Source: Chloroherpetonaceae bacterium
Lineage (GTDB): Bacteria > Bacteroidota > Chlorobiia > Chlorobiales > Thermochlorobacteraceae
Direction: 5' to 3'
Assembly (NCBI GenBank): GCA_033763895.1
Contig: JANRJQ010000010.1
Span: 2,146 to 66,145, forward strand
Length of the DNA: 64,000 nucleotides
This document shows positions 8,969 to 18,825 of the stretch, one piece after another. Below the pieces are notes generated by a model that was given only the letters and a program-made list of their open reading frames with translations, was not told the DNA's origin and searched no databases. Positions within the stretch are counted from its first letter, which is position 1; each line of letters opens with the position of its first letter. A program made the translations under genes and the position numbers.

Positions 8969-10297
8969 ATGGCAATACTAACAGAAAGCGAAGCAAAACG
9001 CATCCTTGAGAAAGCGCTCAGTTTCTCAAAGGCTGATGAATGCGAAGTCAATTTAGGTGGTGGAAAAAGCGGCAACATTCGCTATGCACGCAACACCATC
9101 TCAACAAGCGGCTCACAAAATAGTATCTCGCTTGCAATCCAATCCTCTTTCGGCAAACGCACCGGCAACGTCACGACCAACGAATTGACAGACGATGCCA
9201 TTGAAAAGGCCGTTCGCCGTTCCGAAGAGCTTGCAAGGCTTGCGCCGGAAAATCCTGAGTTTGTCAAAAACTTGGGTAAGCAAACCTATCTGACTTCCAA
9301 AACACATTTCGAAAGCACCGCAGCCATTACGGCGGAGTATCGCTCAAAGGTTGCTGCAGCGGGAATCACGGCCTGTAAAGCCAATGGAAATCTGACCGCG
9401 GCAGGATTCTTTCAAAACAACGAGTATTTCCAATCGATGGCCAATTCTTCGGGAGTTTCGGCTTATCAATTAGGAACCAATACCGAGTTTAATCTCACGG
9501 TTCGTACCAACGATGGTACTGGGTCCGGCTATGTTTACCGAGATGTGAACGACATTGCTCAATTCGATGCAGCCGTGGCTTCTCAAATTGCGATTGAAAA
9601 AGCCTTGCAATCGCGTGAACCCAAAGCCATTGAACCCGGAAAATATACCGTCATTTTAGAACCCTCGGCGCTTGTTTCCGATGAAGGACTTTTGAATCAA
9701 ATGATGTTTAATATGGATGCCCGCAGTGCCGAAGAAGGAAGAAGCTTCCTTTCAAAAGCCGGTGGGAAAACCAAATTAGGCGAAAAGTTGATTGATGAAC
9801 GCATCACTATTTACTCCGACCCAACCCACCCCGATGTTCCCGCTCAAACGTGGAGTGGCGATGGGAGGCCACAAGAAAAAACTGTTTGGATTGAAAAGGG
9901 TGTAGTAAAAAATCTTTTTTACTCGCGCTATTGGGCTGAAAAAAAAGGAGTAAAAGCAACACCATTTCCAAGCAATATTATTATCGACGGTGGCACGGCA
10001 TCAATCGAAGATTTAATTAAAGATACCAAACGTGGCATCTTGGTCTCACGCCTGTGGTACATTCGCGATGTTGATCCGCAAACCTTGCTTTACACAGGCC
10101 TTACGCGCGATGGGACGTTTTTTATTGAAAACGGAAAAATCGCACATCCAATTAAGAATTTAAGATTCAATGAGAGCCCGATTATTATGCTCAATAATTT
10201 GGAAGCTTTAGGCAAACCAATGCGAATGTTGGGCAATTGGATTCCGCCGATGAAAATTCGGGACTTTACCTTCACCAGTCTTTCCGACGCGGTTTAA
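8969..10297 (+). CDS. TldD/PmbA-family protein (PmbA/TldE-type), second paralog, with no signal peptide
   Basis: 442 aa. 'MAILTESEAKRILEKAL' has no hydrophobic leader. It is collinear with 5922..7262 and starts 8 nt after the TldD stop. Confidence 0.85.
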   Translation: MAILTESEAKRILEKALSFSKADECEVNLGGGKSGNIRYARNTISTSGSQNSISLAIQSSFGKRTGNVTTNELTDDAIEKAVRRSEELARLAPENPEFVKNLGKQTYLTSKTHFESTAAITAEYRSKVAAAGITACKANGNLTAAGFFQNNEYFQSMANSSGVSAYQLGTNTEFNLTVRTNDGTGSGYVYRDVNDIAQFDAAVASQIAIEKALQSREPKAIEPGKYTVILEPSALVSDEGLLNQMMFNMDARSAEEGRSFLSKAGGKTKLGEKLIDERITIYSDPTHPDVPAQTWSGDGRPQEKTVWIEKGVVKNLFYSRYWAEKKGVKATPFPSNIIIDGGTASIEDLIKDTKRGILVSRLWYIRDVDPQTLLYTGLTRDGTFFIENGKIAHPIKNLRFNESPIIMLNNLEALGKPMRMLGNWIPPMKIRDFTFTSLSDAV

Positions 10298-10333
10298 TCC
10301 TGCTGCTTGTATGTTTCAATTCAGAGAATAAAA

Positions 10334-10364
10334 AGAGGCTGCACATTGCAGCCTCTTTGTTTTT
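10334..10364. terminator. Bidirectional rho-independent terminator between the convergent TldE and dut genes
   Basis: 10-bp stem AGAGGCTGCA / TGCAGCCTCT with a 3-nt loop, flanked by an A-run upstream and TTGTTTTT downstream. Confidence 0.65.
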
Positions 10365-10423
10365 AATTGATTCCTCTATTATGATCAACCAAGCCTAGAA
10401 TCTCTCTATAAAAAAATCAAGCA

Positions 10424-10870
10424 TTACTTTCTTTCTATGCCCGTGTGACCAAATCCTCCCACGCCGCGCTCTGTTGAACCAAGTTCCGAAACCACTTCAA
10501 AATGTGCTTGTTCAACTTTTGCAATAATCATTTGTGCGATTCGATCACCATTGCGCACGGTGAACGGTTCACGGCCGTGATTGATGAGAATAACCTTCAC
10601 TTCACCTCGATAATCGGCATCAATCGTCGCCGGCGAATTCGGAAGTGAGATGAGATTTTTGAGCGCCAAGCCACTTCGAGGGCGAAGTTGCGCTTCATAT
10701 CCTTCGGGAAGTGCAATCGCAAAGCCTGTGGGAATCAATGCAGAGCCTTGCGGAAGAATCGTGATATCCGAATCAAGGCAAGCGGAAATATCCATTCCCG
10801 CTGCTTGCTTCGTGGCATAAAATGGAAGTTTTGCTTCGGGATGAAGTCGTTGAAATTGAACGGACACCAT
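10424..10870 (-). CDS. dut: dUTP diphosphatase
   Basis: 148 aa. It has dUTPase motifs 'RPRSGLA', 'IDADYRGEV' and a C-terminal '[10 protein letters not shown]'. Confidence 0.9.
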   Translation of the reverse strand: MVSVQFQRLHPEAKLPFYATKQAAGMDISACLDSDITILPQGSALIPTGFAIALPEGYEAQLRPRSGLALKNLISLPNSPATIDADYRGEVKVILINHGREPFTVRNGDRIAQMIIAKVEQAHFEVVSELGSTERGVGGFGHTGIERK

Positions 10871-10897
10871 TCTAGTATTCGATTATCGTTAAAAAAA

Positions 10898-12814
10898 TTA
10901 AAGATCATTCATCCCTAAAAGGTGCTTCGCCAAAAATTTTTCCATTGCTTCATAAAACTCAAATCGATTCTCTTCATTCCGAAACCCGTGGCCTTCATTT
11001 TCTTTAACCAAATATGGAACATCAATGCCTCGATTTTTTAGGGCTTCTACGATTTGATCAGATTCGGATTTTTTCACGCGAGGGTCGCGTGCACCCTGAG
11101 CGACAAAGAGCGGCGCTTTGATTTTATCCACATGAAAAACCGGAGAGGCATCACGAAGCAAAAGGCTATCCTTATCAGGGTCACCAATCATTTCATACAT
11201 CTGATCAAGATAGGGTTTCCAATAAGGGGGGATGGTTTCCATTAAGGTAAAGATGTTTGAGACACCAACATAATCAACCCCACAGGCATAAAGATCAGGT
11301 GTAAATGCAAGCCCCGCTAGCGTTGCATAACCGCCGTAACTTCCACCATAAATGGCGATGCGTTTTTTATCGGCTATCCCTTGTGAAATAAGCCACGCCA
11401 CACCATCGGTAATATCGTTTTGCATTTCCTTTCCCCACTTCTTGAAAGAAGCTTCCCAAAATGCGCGTCCATACCCCGTAGAGCCGCGGAAATTCATTTG
11501 CAAAACGGCATACCCGCGATTCGCCAAAAATTGAACCTCAGGGTCGAAGCCCCATTCATCACGAGCCCACGGCCCACCGTGCGGGTTAACGATCACCGGT
11601 AAATTTTTGGGTTCTATTCCTTTAGGCAAGGTTAAATAACCGTGGATGGTAAGCCCATCGCGCGATTGATATGAAATCGGCTTTACCTCACACAAATCGT
11701 CTTCATTGAGCCAAGGTGCAACCTCCGTCAGTTTAGAAAGTGTGCGTGTATTTTTTTCGAAGAGATACACAGCGCCACGAGAGCGGTCGCTCATTGTACG
11801 AACAATAAAAATCGATTCGTCTTTCGTTGCCGATGTAACAAACACTTCAGTATTGGGCAATTGTGCTTGTAGGTATTTGAAATCAGCTTCAGACTCTGCA
11901 TCTAAAAACTTTTGCTCGGTTTTCCAAGTCGTGAAGCTGATAGCCGTGAGAACTTTTCTCTTTTTTGAATAAGCCATTGAATAAACATCAACTTCGGGGT
12001 GTTCAAAAAGTAATTCTGTTTCTTTCACACTTTTGGGGTCAAATTTGACAATGGCTGCTTTATCTCTTCCAAGGTTAGACGCCGCGTAAAAAGCGGTGTT
12101 ATCGAAAGTAAAAAACAGAGGTGACAAAGATTCCTTAAAACTGGTAGTTAGAATCGGCGAAAAGGGTGCTGAGTCGTTTTCGCGATAAAGTACAGCTTGA
12201 TTGACGCCGTCGCTTTGAATGGCGATGCGAATCGTGCCGTTGTGGTCTGTCACCCAACTTCCCACACCACCCGGATTTTCAGCCACCATTTTCATTTCGC
12301 CGGTCTCGGTGTTAAGTCGGTAAACATCGAAATTTTCTCGGTCGCGCTTATTCAAGCCAACAAGAATATCTGTTGGGTGGTCTTCAAGGTCATCGATAAT
12401 TTCAGCACGAACACTGTCAAATGGCGTGAGGTCGCGCTCACCGGTGCCATCGGGATTGACGGCAAAAACATGAAAATTTTCATCGCCTCCAAAGTCTTTT
12501 GCATACAATATTTTCGACTCGCCTTTCCAGAAGTATCCGGAAATGTCACGATCTTTAATGGTAGTGATTTGTTTTGCGGGTTCGGTGGGGTCGCTTCGTT
12601 TGTAAACAAAAACATTCATTCGGTTTTCAACAGGTGCAAGGTAGGAGATAAAAGACCCCAAAGGAGATATTTGATAGCCTGCTTTCTCAGGGTTTCTAAA
12701 AAAATCGCGAAGTGGAATCATCGGTGGTGTTGGTTCTTTTGTTGTTGGTGCACAGCTTTCAATTCCTGCGGCGCCGCTTGATATAAGTGCTAAAATAATC
12801 AAGAGTTTTTTCAT
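10898..12814 (-). CDS. S9-family serine peptidase (prolyl oligopeptidase / dipeptidyl peptidase type), secreted or lipoprotein
   Basis: 638 aa with an N-terminal signal 'MKKLLIILALISSGAAGIESC'. A beta-propeller region is followed by an alpha/beta hydrolase domain carrying 'GGSYGGY' and a catalytic Asp/His region. Confidence 0.85.
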   Translation of the reverse strand: MKKLLIILALISSGAAGIESCAPTTKEPTPPMIPLRDFFRNPEKAGYQISPLGSFISYLAPVENRMNVFVYKRSDPTEPAKQITTIKDRDISGYFWKGESKILYAKDFGGDENFHVFAVNPDGTGERDLTPFDSVRAEIIDDLEDHPTDILVGLNKRDRENFDVYRLNTETGEMKMVAENPGGVGSWVTDHNGTIRIAIQSDGVNQAVLYRENDSAPFSPILTTSFKESLSPLFFTFDNTAFYAASNLGRDKAAIVKFDPKSVKETELLFEHPEVDVYSMAYSKKRKVLTAISFTTWKTEQKFLDAESEADFKYLQAQLPNTEVFVTSATKDESIFIVRTMSDRSRGAVYLFEKNTRTLSKLTEVAPWLNEDDLCEVKPISYQSRDGLTIHGYLTLPKGIEPKNLPVIVNPHGGPWARDEWGFDPEVQFLANRGYAVLQMNFRGSTGYGRAFWEASFKKWGKEMQNDITDGVAWLISQGIADKKRIAIYGGSYGGYATLAGLAFTPDLYACGVDYVGVSNIFTLMETIPPYWKPYLDQMYEMIGDPDKDSLLLRDASPVFHVDKIKAPLFVAQGARDPRVKKSESDQIVEALKNRGIDVPYLVKENEGHGFRNEENRFEFYEAMEKFLAKHLLGMNDL

Positions 12815-12949
12815 TGATTAATCTGGTATTGAATGTTTGAATCTTAAAGTTGCAACGATTACCAAAGGGTATGAGTTTATCTTACCTAAAATATTATGGT
12901 AATGTAAGAAACACCAAAATGAACCAAGTGGTTGTAAAATTTTATCTCA

Positions 12950-13636
12950 ATGATTGAGTTAAATAAAGTTAGAAAAGTTTACAATGAGAAATCCTCACCG
13001 GTTGAGGCGTTGAAAGACGCGTCATTTTCGGTTAGCCAAAGCGATATTGTGGCTTTAATCGGCAGCTCAGGAAGTGGAAAAACAACACTCTTGAATATGC
13101 TTTCGGCAATTGATATTCCAACCAGCGGAACGGTTGTCATTTCAGGCGAAGACATCTCGCTGTATTCACAAAAAAAATTAACAGAGTTTAGAAGAAGTAA
13201 AGTTGGAATTGTTTTCCAATTTTTTAATCTCATGCCCACTTTATCTGTTTTGGAAAATGTGACTCTTCCGGCTTTGCTTGCAGGGAAAAATGAAATGGAA
13301 TCGGCTAAGGCAGCAGAAAAATGGCTCGAGCGTGTTGCTCTTGCTCATCGCATGAATTATAAGCCACATACCCTTTCGGGCGGTGAAATGCAACGAACCG
13401 CCATCGCGCGAGCACTAATCAATAATCCAGAAATTATTATTGCGGATGAGCCCACGGGAAATTTAGATTCAAAAAATGCGGCCATCATCCTTAACCTGAT
13501 TAAAGAACTTGCAAGTGAGGAAAAAACTACTTTGATTATCGCTACTCATTCTAAAGAGGTGGCCAATGCTGCGAATCGGGTGATCTCAATTAAAGACGGT
13601 GTGACCTACGATGGTGATGAAATTGTGAAAGGCTAA
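12950..13636 (+). CDS. ABC transporter ATP-binding protein (LolD/MacB-like family); no permease gene adjacent
   Basis: 228 aa. Walker A 'GSSGSGKTT', signature 'LSGGEMQR', Walker B 'IIIADEPTGNLD'. Confidence 0.85.
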   Translation: MIELNKVRKVYNEKSSPVEALKDASFSVSQSDIVALIGSSGSGKTTLLNMLSAIDIPTSGTVVISGEDISLYSQKKLTEFRRSKVGIVFQFFNLMPTLSVLENVTLPALLAGKNEMESAKAAEKWLERVALAHRMNYKPHTLSGGEMQRTAIARALINNPEIIIADEPTGNLDSKNAAIILNLIKELASEEKTTLIIATHSKEVANAANRVISIKDGVTYDGDEIVKG

Positions 13637-13733
13637 ATGAAGGAGATTCGCTCAACTCAATGTTTTGCAAGTAAAATTTTTCTTCTAAATTCAAGCGTCA
13701 TTTCTCAACATACTTTTCGATAAATCTTACACT

Positions 13734-14888
13734 GTGATAATTCCTCACAAAGAAACTTTAACCTTTGATCTCTTGGTGCTGTCACAAGTTCCGGGAATTG
13801 GTCTGGTTCGCCTCAAAAATCTCATCAATCGATTCCAAACTCTCGAAAACATTAAACGAGCCGGGGCAGGCGAACTTTCTCGAACGCCACTTATCGGCGA
13901 GCAACTTTCCGATACCATCTCAGCTTTTTTTCATAATCAAGAAGTTTTTCAAAAAGCATCCCATAATGCTGAAAAACAGGTATTGATGCTTGAAAAGTCT
14001 GACATTCGTTTTGTTACATTTTGGGATGAAACCTACCCAAGTTTGCTCAAAGAAATTGGTGATGCGCCGGCCTATTTTTTTATTCGCGGTGAGTTTAAGC
14101 CGGAAGATTCAAAATCTGTCGCAATTGTTGGGACTCGATCACCTTCAGAATATGGAAAGAATGCAACCAAGAAGATTGCCACCGAACTTGCAGAAGCCGG
14201 AGTGACCATCATCAGCGGCTTGGCTATCGGAGTTGATACCGAAGCCCACCGCGCAGCCCTTGATGCAGGCGGAAGAACGCTCGCGGTACTTGGAAATGGA
14301 ATCGACGATATTTATACCGATCGATCCAGAAAACTTTTTCCAAGAATTTTGGAAAATGGTGCCATCATTACAGAAGAGTGGATTGGAACGCCGCCTGTTG
14401 CGGAAAACTTCCCAAAGCGAAATCGTATTATCTCAGGGCTTTCACTTGGTGTAGTGATTGTAGAATCGGATGTCACCGGCGGTTCACTTATCACAGCAAA
14501 GTACGCCTTGGAACAAAATCGAGATGTCTTTGCCATTCCGGGGAGCATTTTTTCGAGGAAGTCGAATGGGACAAACGCGCTAATTCGTGACGGTGCAGAG
14601 CTTGTTTCATCCGGAAAAGAAATATTAGAATCACTAAATCTCTTATCCAAAAATAAAAATTCTGAGAGAGGTAATGCGCTTCTCCCCCTCGTTTTGCCTG
14701 AAATGACAGAGCAAGAGATTCATGTTTTTCGCCATCTTTCCGAATCCCCATTGCATATTGATCTCATTGCAGAGCGGACAGGGCTAGATATCAGCGAAGT
14801 TCTTGTCGCGCTATTCGAATTAGAATTCAAAGATTGTGCAGTCCAAGAAGCAGGCCGGTTTTTTAAGAAGTCGGCGAAGTACGCATAA
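13734..14888 (+). CDS. dprA: DNA-processing protein DprA
   Basis: 384 aa with a GTG start. It has the DprA Rossmann-like core 'VAIVGTRSPSEYG...GLAIGVDTEAHRAAL...GSLITAKYALEQNRDVFAIPG' and a C-terminal winged-helix region. Confidence 0.85.
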   Translation: MIIPHKETLTFDLLVLSQVPGIGLVRLKNLINRFQTLENIKRAGAGELSRTPLIGEQLSDTISAFFHNQEVFQKASHNAEKQVLMLEKSDIRFVTFWDETYPSLLKEIGDAPAYFFIRGEFKPEDSKSVAIVGTRSPSEYGKNATKKIATELAEAGVTIISGLAIGVDTEAHRAALDAGGRTLAVLGNGIDDIYTDRSRKLFPRILENGAIITEEWIGTPPVAENFPKRNRIISGLSLGVVIVESDVTGGSLITAKYALEQNRDVFAIPGSIFSRKSNGTNALIRDGAELVSSGKEILESLNLLSKNKNSERGNALLPLVLPEMTEQEIHVFRHLSESPLHIDLIAERTGLDISEVLVALFELEFKDCAVQEAGRFFKKSAKYA

Positions 14889-14900
14889 ACTCCGAGCATC

Positions 14901-14937
14901 AAAATCAAAAACGGGCACAATGCCCGTTCTTGATTTT
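14901..14937. terminator. Bidirectional terminator between convergent dprA and rplS
   Basis: 8-bp stem AACGGGCA / TGCCCGTT with a 3-nt loop. An A-rich run lies on one side and CTTGATTTT on the other. Confidence 0.6.
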
Positions 14938-14981
14938 CAGTAATCTGGGTTAAGTCTTTAATCTAATCGAATGCAATTGAT

Positions 14982-15344
14982 TTAAGCTTTTGCCGGGCGT
15001 GCTTCGCGCTCTTTAACACGGGTTGCTGCTTTTCCGGTCAGTCCGCGCAAATAAAAGAGTTTCGCACGGCGAGCTTTACCGAGACGGGTAACATCAATTT
15101 TTGCAATACTTGGAGAATGAAGTGGGAAAATACGCTCAACCCCAACGCCGTGCGCAATTTTACGAACGGTCATCGTGGCGGATAGGCCACTGCCACGGCG
15201 GCTGATGACAATTCCTTGAAACAACTGAATTCGCTCTTTATCACCTTCAATAACGCGTACATGAACTGTAATTGTATCTCCGTGGCGAAACTCAGGAATA
15301 TCGCTCTTCGCGTAGCCGGCTTCAACTAATTTAATTTTATCCAT
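14982..15344 (-). CDS. rplS: 50S ribosomal protein L19
   Basis: 120 aa with the L19 signature '[29 protein letters not shown]'. It sits downstream of trmD, as in the conserved cluster. Confidence 0.95.
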   Translation of the reverse strand: MDKIKLVEAGYAKSDIPEFRHGDTITVHVRVIEGDKERIQLFQGIVISRRGSGLSATMTVRKIAHGVGVERIFPLHSPSIAKIDVTRLGKARRAKLFYLRGLTGKAATRVKEREARPAKA

Positions 15345-15397
15345 TGTTCGAATAGTATAGTTTTAAGAAAATGATTGACCTGCTTACGCAGTGAAAA

Positions 15398-16072
15398 TTA
15401 TTGTAAAAGATCCGGTCGGCGCTGTTTGGTTCGCTCAAGCGAATTCAACTGCCGCCATTCTTCAATTCTTTTATGGTTTCCTGAAAGTAACACTTCTGGT
15501 ACTTTCATCCCTCTAAATTCGGCCGGCCTTGTATAATGAGCCGTATCTAACTTTCCATCTTGAAATGAATCAAGCAAAGCCGATTCGATATCTGTCATAA
15601 CCCCGGGTAACAAGCGTACGATGGAATCTGTAAGAACCATAGCCGCTGGCTCACCGCCAGAAAGAACAAAATCACCGATCGAAATCTCCTTTGTGATCAA
15701 TGTTTCTCGTATTCGCTCATCAATGCCTTTATAATGACCACAAAGCAAAATCAAATTTTCTTTGAGCGAAAGCCGGTTACTGATTGATTGATTCAGCGGT
15801 TCACCATCAGGGGTGAGATAAATAACCTCATCGTAAACGCGTTCAGATTTAAGCCTTTCAATGATCTTGAACACGGGCTCACACATAATAATCATCCCCG
15901 AACCGCCCCCGAATGGAGAATCGTCAACCTGTTGATAGTTTCCAATCCCATAATCATGAAGATTATGTGTGACAATTTCAACAAGGGATTTGGATTGCGC
16001 AATTCGAACGATACCATTTTGCAAAAACGATTCGAAGTATCGCGGCATTACCGAAATCAGGTCAAGCCTCAT
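15398..16072 (-). CDS. trmD: tRNA (guanine37-N1)-methyltransferase
   Basis: 224 aa. TrmD motifs '[12 protein letters not shown]', '[13 protein letters not shown]' and '[11 protein letters not shown]'. Confidence 0.95.
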   Translation of the reverse strand: MRLDLISVMPRYFESFLQNGIVRIAQSKSLVEIVTHNLHDYGIGNYQQVDDSPFGGGSGMIIMCEPVFKIIERLKSERVYDEVIYLTPDGEPLNQSISNRLSLKENLILLCGHYKGIDERIRETLITKEISIGDFVLSGGEPAAMVLTDSIVRLLPGVMTDIESALLDSFQDGKLDTAHYTRPAEFRGMKVPEVLLSGNHKRIEEWRQLNSLERTKQRRPDLLQ

Positions 16073-16114
16073 AAATCAAGCCTTGTAAAAAATATCTTAG
16101 AGCTGAGAAGAAAA

Positions 16115-16639
16115 TCAAAGAAATTCTTCGAACCGCCTTACGATTACTTTTCGGTTTTGCAAATCAACCGAAGCAATAAATTCCTCTAAGGCCGGAATCA
16201 AAATGGTTTTTGAACGGTCGGCTTCCAATTGTATTTCGTACGAATCGCACGAAGGATAATTGAAGACATTACTCACAACACCAAGCGGCTCAAGTGCTTC
16301 ATTAACAACCGTTAGACCAATGAGTTCGTGAATAAACGCTTCATTACGCCGCGGTTTTGCCATTTCACGTTCATCCAAAAAAATTGTGGAACCTAAAAGT
16401 GGCTCAGCCTTTTCAAGGCTATCGATACCCTTAAAGGCAAGGAAAACAAAATCATCTTGTATTCTTGCCGAGTCAACTTCAAAGAGAACAGCGTCAGTTT
16501 CTGTTTTACCAAGAAATAATCGCTTGCGCGTCTTAAACTTTTCAGGAAAACTTGTTTCAGAAAGAACCTTTACTTCACCTTTTAGCCCTCTTGTTTTTAC
16601 GATTTTCCCAATCGTTACAAATGGCATTGAGGCGGTCAA
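16115..16639 (-). CDS. rimM: 16S rRNA processing protein RimM
   Basis: 174 aa. The N-terminal 'IGKIVKTRGLKGEVKV' is RimM/PRC-barrel-like. It lies between rpsP and trmD. Confidence 0.85.
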   Translation of the reverse strand: MTASMPFVTIGKIVKTRGLKGEVKVLSETSFPEKFKTRKRLFLGKTETDAVLFEVDSARIQDDFVFLAFKGIDSLEKAEPLLGSTIFLDEREMAKPRRNEAFIHELIGLTVVNEALEPLGVVSNVFNYPSCDSYEIQLEADRSKTILIPALEEFIASVDLQNRKVIVRRFEEFL

Positions 16640-16646
16640 TTAAAGA

Positions 16647-17048
16647 TTAAGAAGCGGCTTTTTCACTGCTTTCCGCCTTCTTTTTCTTTCGGCGAATGGA
16701 TTTGCGCGAAGCCTTCTTCTTTAAGCGATTTTCCTGACGAGCGGTCCACTTTGCCATTTCCGCGATAATTTCTTCTTCGCTTTTCCCTTTTCTTTGAAGC
16801 GACATTTTATAAAGAAGACCGGTAGAGCGCAAAACACCTTGCGCCGTTACGGTTGGCTGCGCACCAACACCGAGCCAATAAACCACTCGGTCTTCCTTCA
16901 GCGTTACTCGCTGAGGACGAAGTTTTGGCTCATAGCGACCCAAAACTTCCAAAAATTTTCCATCTCTACGGGCGCGAATGTCCGTAGCCACGACTTGATA
17001 GATCGGGAGTTTTTTTCTACCAATCTTGCGTAATCTAATCTTAACCAA
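16647..17048 (-). CDS. rpsP: 30S ribosomal protein S16 with a Lys-rich C-terminal extension
   Basis: 133 aa. It has the '[23 protein letters not shown]' S16 N-terminus and a basic tail '[19 protein letters not shown]'. Confidence 0.9.
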   Translation of the reverse strand: MVKIRLRKIGRKKLPIYQVVATDIRARRDGKFLEVLGRYEPKLRPQRVTLKEDRVVYWLGVGAQPTVTAQGVLRSTGLLYKMSLQRKGKSEEEIIAEMAKWTARQENRLKKKASRKSIRRKKKKAESSEKAAS

Positions 17049-17126
17049 TGTTGTGCAATATTTAGTGTTTAAGAGAAACTGTACCTTAGAAGCAAGGCTT
17101 CAAAAAACTATTCGCAATTCACAAGC

Positions 17127-18479
17127 CTATGACCGATTCAAAAGCCTGCCAAGCTGCATGTTATCGGCCGTTAATTTGCGGCCGGATTTTGCCATTTTCG
17201 TAATCGACTTCATCATTTTTTTCATTTCAGTGAACTGCTTTAGAAGTGCATTCACATCCTGAACAGAAGTTCCACTTCCCTTGGCAATGCGAATTCGACG
17301 ACTGCCATTAATAACATCCGGCTTTTTTCGCTCTTCTAAAGTCATAGAATGAATAATTGCCTCTACCTTTTTCATATCTTTTTCATTGATTTGATCGGTT
17401 GGAAGCATTTTACTCATTCCCGGAATCATTGAAACGATATTTTGAAGTGAGCCCATTTTTCTAATTTCTTGAATCTGACCGAGGAAATCCTCGAGGTTGA
17501 ATTCATTTTCAAGAAGTCGTTTTTGCAACTCTTCACTCTTCTTCAGGTCAAGTTTTTCCTGCGCTTTTTCGACGAATGAAACGATATCGCCCATTCCTAA
17601 AATGCGCTGCGCCATTCGTTCGGGGTAGAAAATATCAAGGTCTTCTACTTTTTCCCCTTGGCTAATAAATTTAATCGGCTTTTGAACAACGGTTTTAATA
17701 GACAGAGCCGCACCGCCACGGGTGTCACCATCCATTTTGGTTAGTACCACACCGTCAAAATCAAGCCGGTCATGAAAGGCTTTGGCTGTTGAAACAGCTT
17801 CTTGCCCAATCATTGAATCAACAACAAAAAGAATTTCTTCAGGAGAAAGCAACCGCTTCAATTCTGCGGCTTCACTCATCATTTCTTCATCAATCTGCAA
17901 ACGGCCGGCGGTATCGAGAATCACAATATCGCGAGCATTTTGTTTTGCAAATTCAATTCCCTTCGTGGCGGCTTTAATGGCATCCTTTTCTTCAATTGAA
18001 AAAACAGGGATATCAATTGAAGCGCCTAATGTTTTTAATTGATCAACGGCTGCGGGTCTGTAAACGTCAGCAGCAACAAGGAGAGGATTTCGCCCTTTTT
18101 TCTTGAGCTGAAGTGCAAGCTTTGCTGAAAAGGTTGTTTTACCTGACCCTTGAAGCCCTGCAACCATTATGACCGCGGGGATTCTGTTGGTTTGAAGATT
18201 TAAATCCGCTTTTTCGCCACCCATTAATAATGTTAATTCGTCGTAAACGATCTTAACTATCATTTGTGAGGGTGAAACACTTTGAATCACCTCATTACCT
18301 AATGCGCGCTTCCGAACATCCTCAATAAATTGCTTGACAACATTATAGTTGACGTCGGCGTCTAAGAGCGCACGCTTAATATCGCGGAGCGCATTTCCGA
18401 TATTGACCTCATTGATTTTCGACTGCCCCGAAACTTTTCGAAGCGCAAGATCAAGTTTATCGCTTAGTGACTCAAACAA
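17127..18479 (-). CDS. ffh: Signal recognition particle protein Ffh
   Basis: 450 aa. The NG domain has 'GLQGSGKTT', 'DTAGR' and 'TKMDGD'. The C-terminus is a Met-rich M domain. Confidence 0.95.
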   Translation of the reverse strand: MFESLSDKLDLALRKVSGQSKINEVNIGNALRDIKRALLDADVNYNVVKQFIEDVRKRALGNEVIQSVSPSQMIVKIVYDELTLLMGGEKADLNLQTNRIPAVIMVAGLQGSGKTTFSAKLALQLKKKGRNPLLVAADVYRPAAVDQLKTLGASIDIPVFSIEEKDAIKAATKGIEFAKQNARDIVILDTAGRLQIDEEMMSEAAELKRLLSPEEILFVVDSMIGQEAVSTAKAFHDRLDFDGVVLTKMDGDTRGGAALSIKTVVQKPIKFISQGEKVEDLDIFYPERMAQRILGMGDIVSFVEKAQEKLDLKKSEELQKRLLENEFNLEDFLGQIQEIRKMGSLQNIVSMIPGMSKMLPTDQINEKDMKKVEAIIHSMTLEERKKPDVINGSRRIRIAKGSGTSVQDVNALLKQFTEMKKMMKSITKMAKSGRKLTADNMQLGRLLNRS

Positions 18480-18825
18480 TGTGATTGAAGATGGATTAAT
18501 AACCTAAAAACCCTTATTGAATAAGACATTTGCTTATCCTATTCAAAAAAATGCTCCTTTTTTGCTTTCTGAGCGTATTCCCGCTAAAAAAAGTGAGCGG
18601 CAAATTTACATGAAATTTTCAAAAGCACAAAAATGATTTTCGGGTTTCTTGATTTCATTTCTTCAAAAGAAAATGTGTTTTTTTGAGGAGTCTTTTTGAA
18701 AAAGCATTCTAAACGCATAGACAAAAAAGAGGGTTTTCATTAACACATATTTCAAGGTCTGTAAACTTTTCAAAGAATCTGAAAGAGTAGAATCTCTTTT
18801 TATACGAAATGATTAAATTCCCTTC

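Noticed and set aside
12197-12781. A 194-aa plus-strand ORF, together with several 60-150-aa ORFs antisense to or nested in the S9 peptidase, desaturase, hslU, uvrA and DUF4175-like genes.
   Set aside because: All are embedded in longer ORFs that have clear family signatures on the other strand or frame. Their translations are low-complexity, they have no motifs, and they have no upstream RBS.
18480-18825. The 346-bp ffh-uvrA divergent spacer, checked for SRP (4.5S) RNA or tmRNA because ffh and smpB are in the window.
   Set aside because: There is no GGAAGCAGCC-type SRP domain IV motif, no tRNA-like acceptor/T-arm, and no strong secondary structure. It looks like an A/T-rich promoter region.
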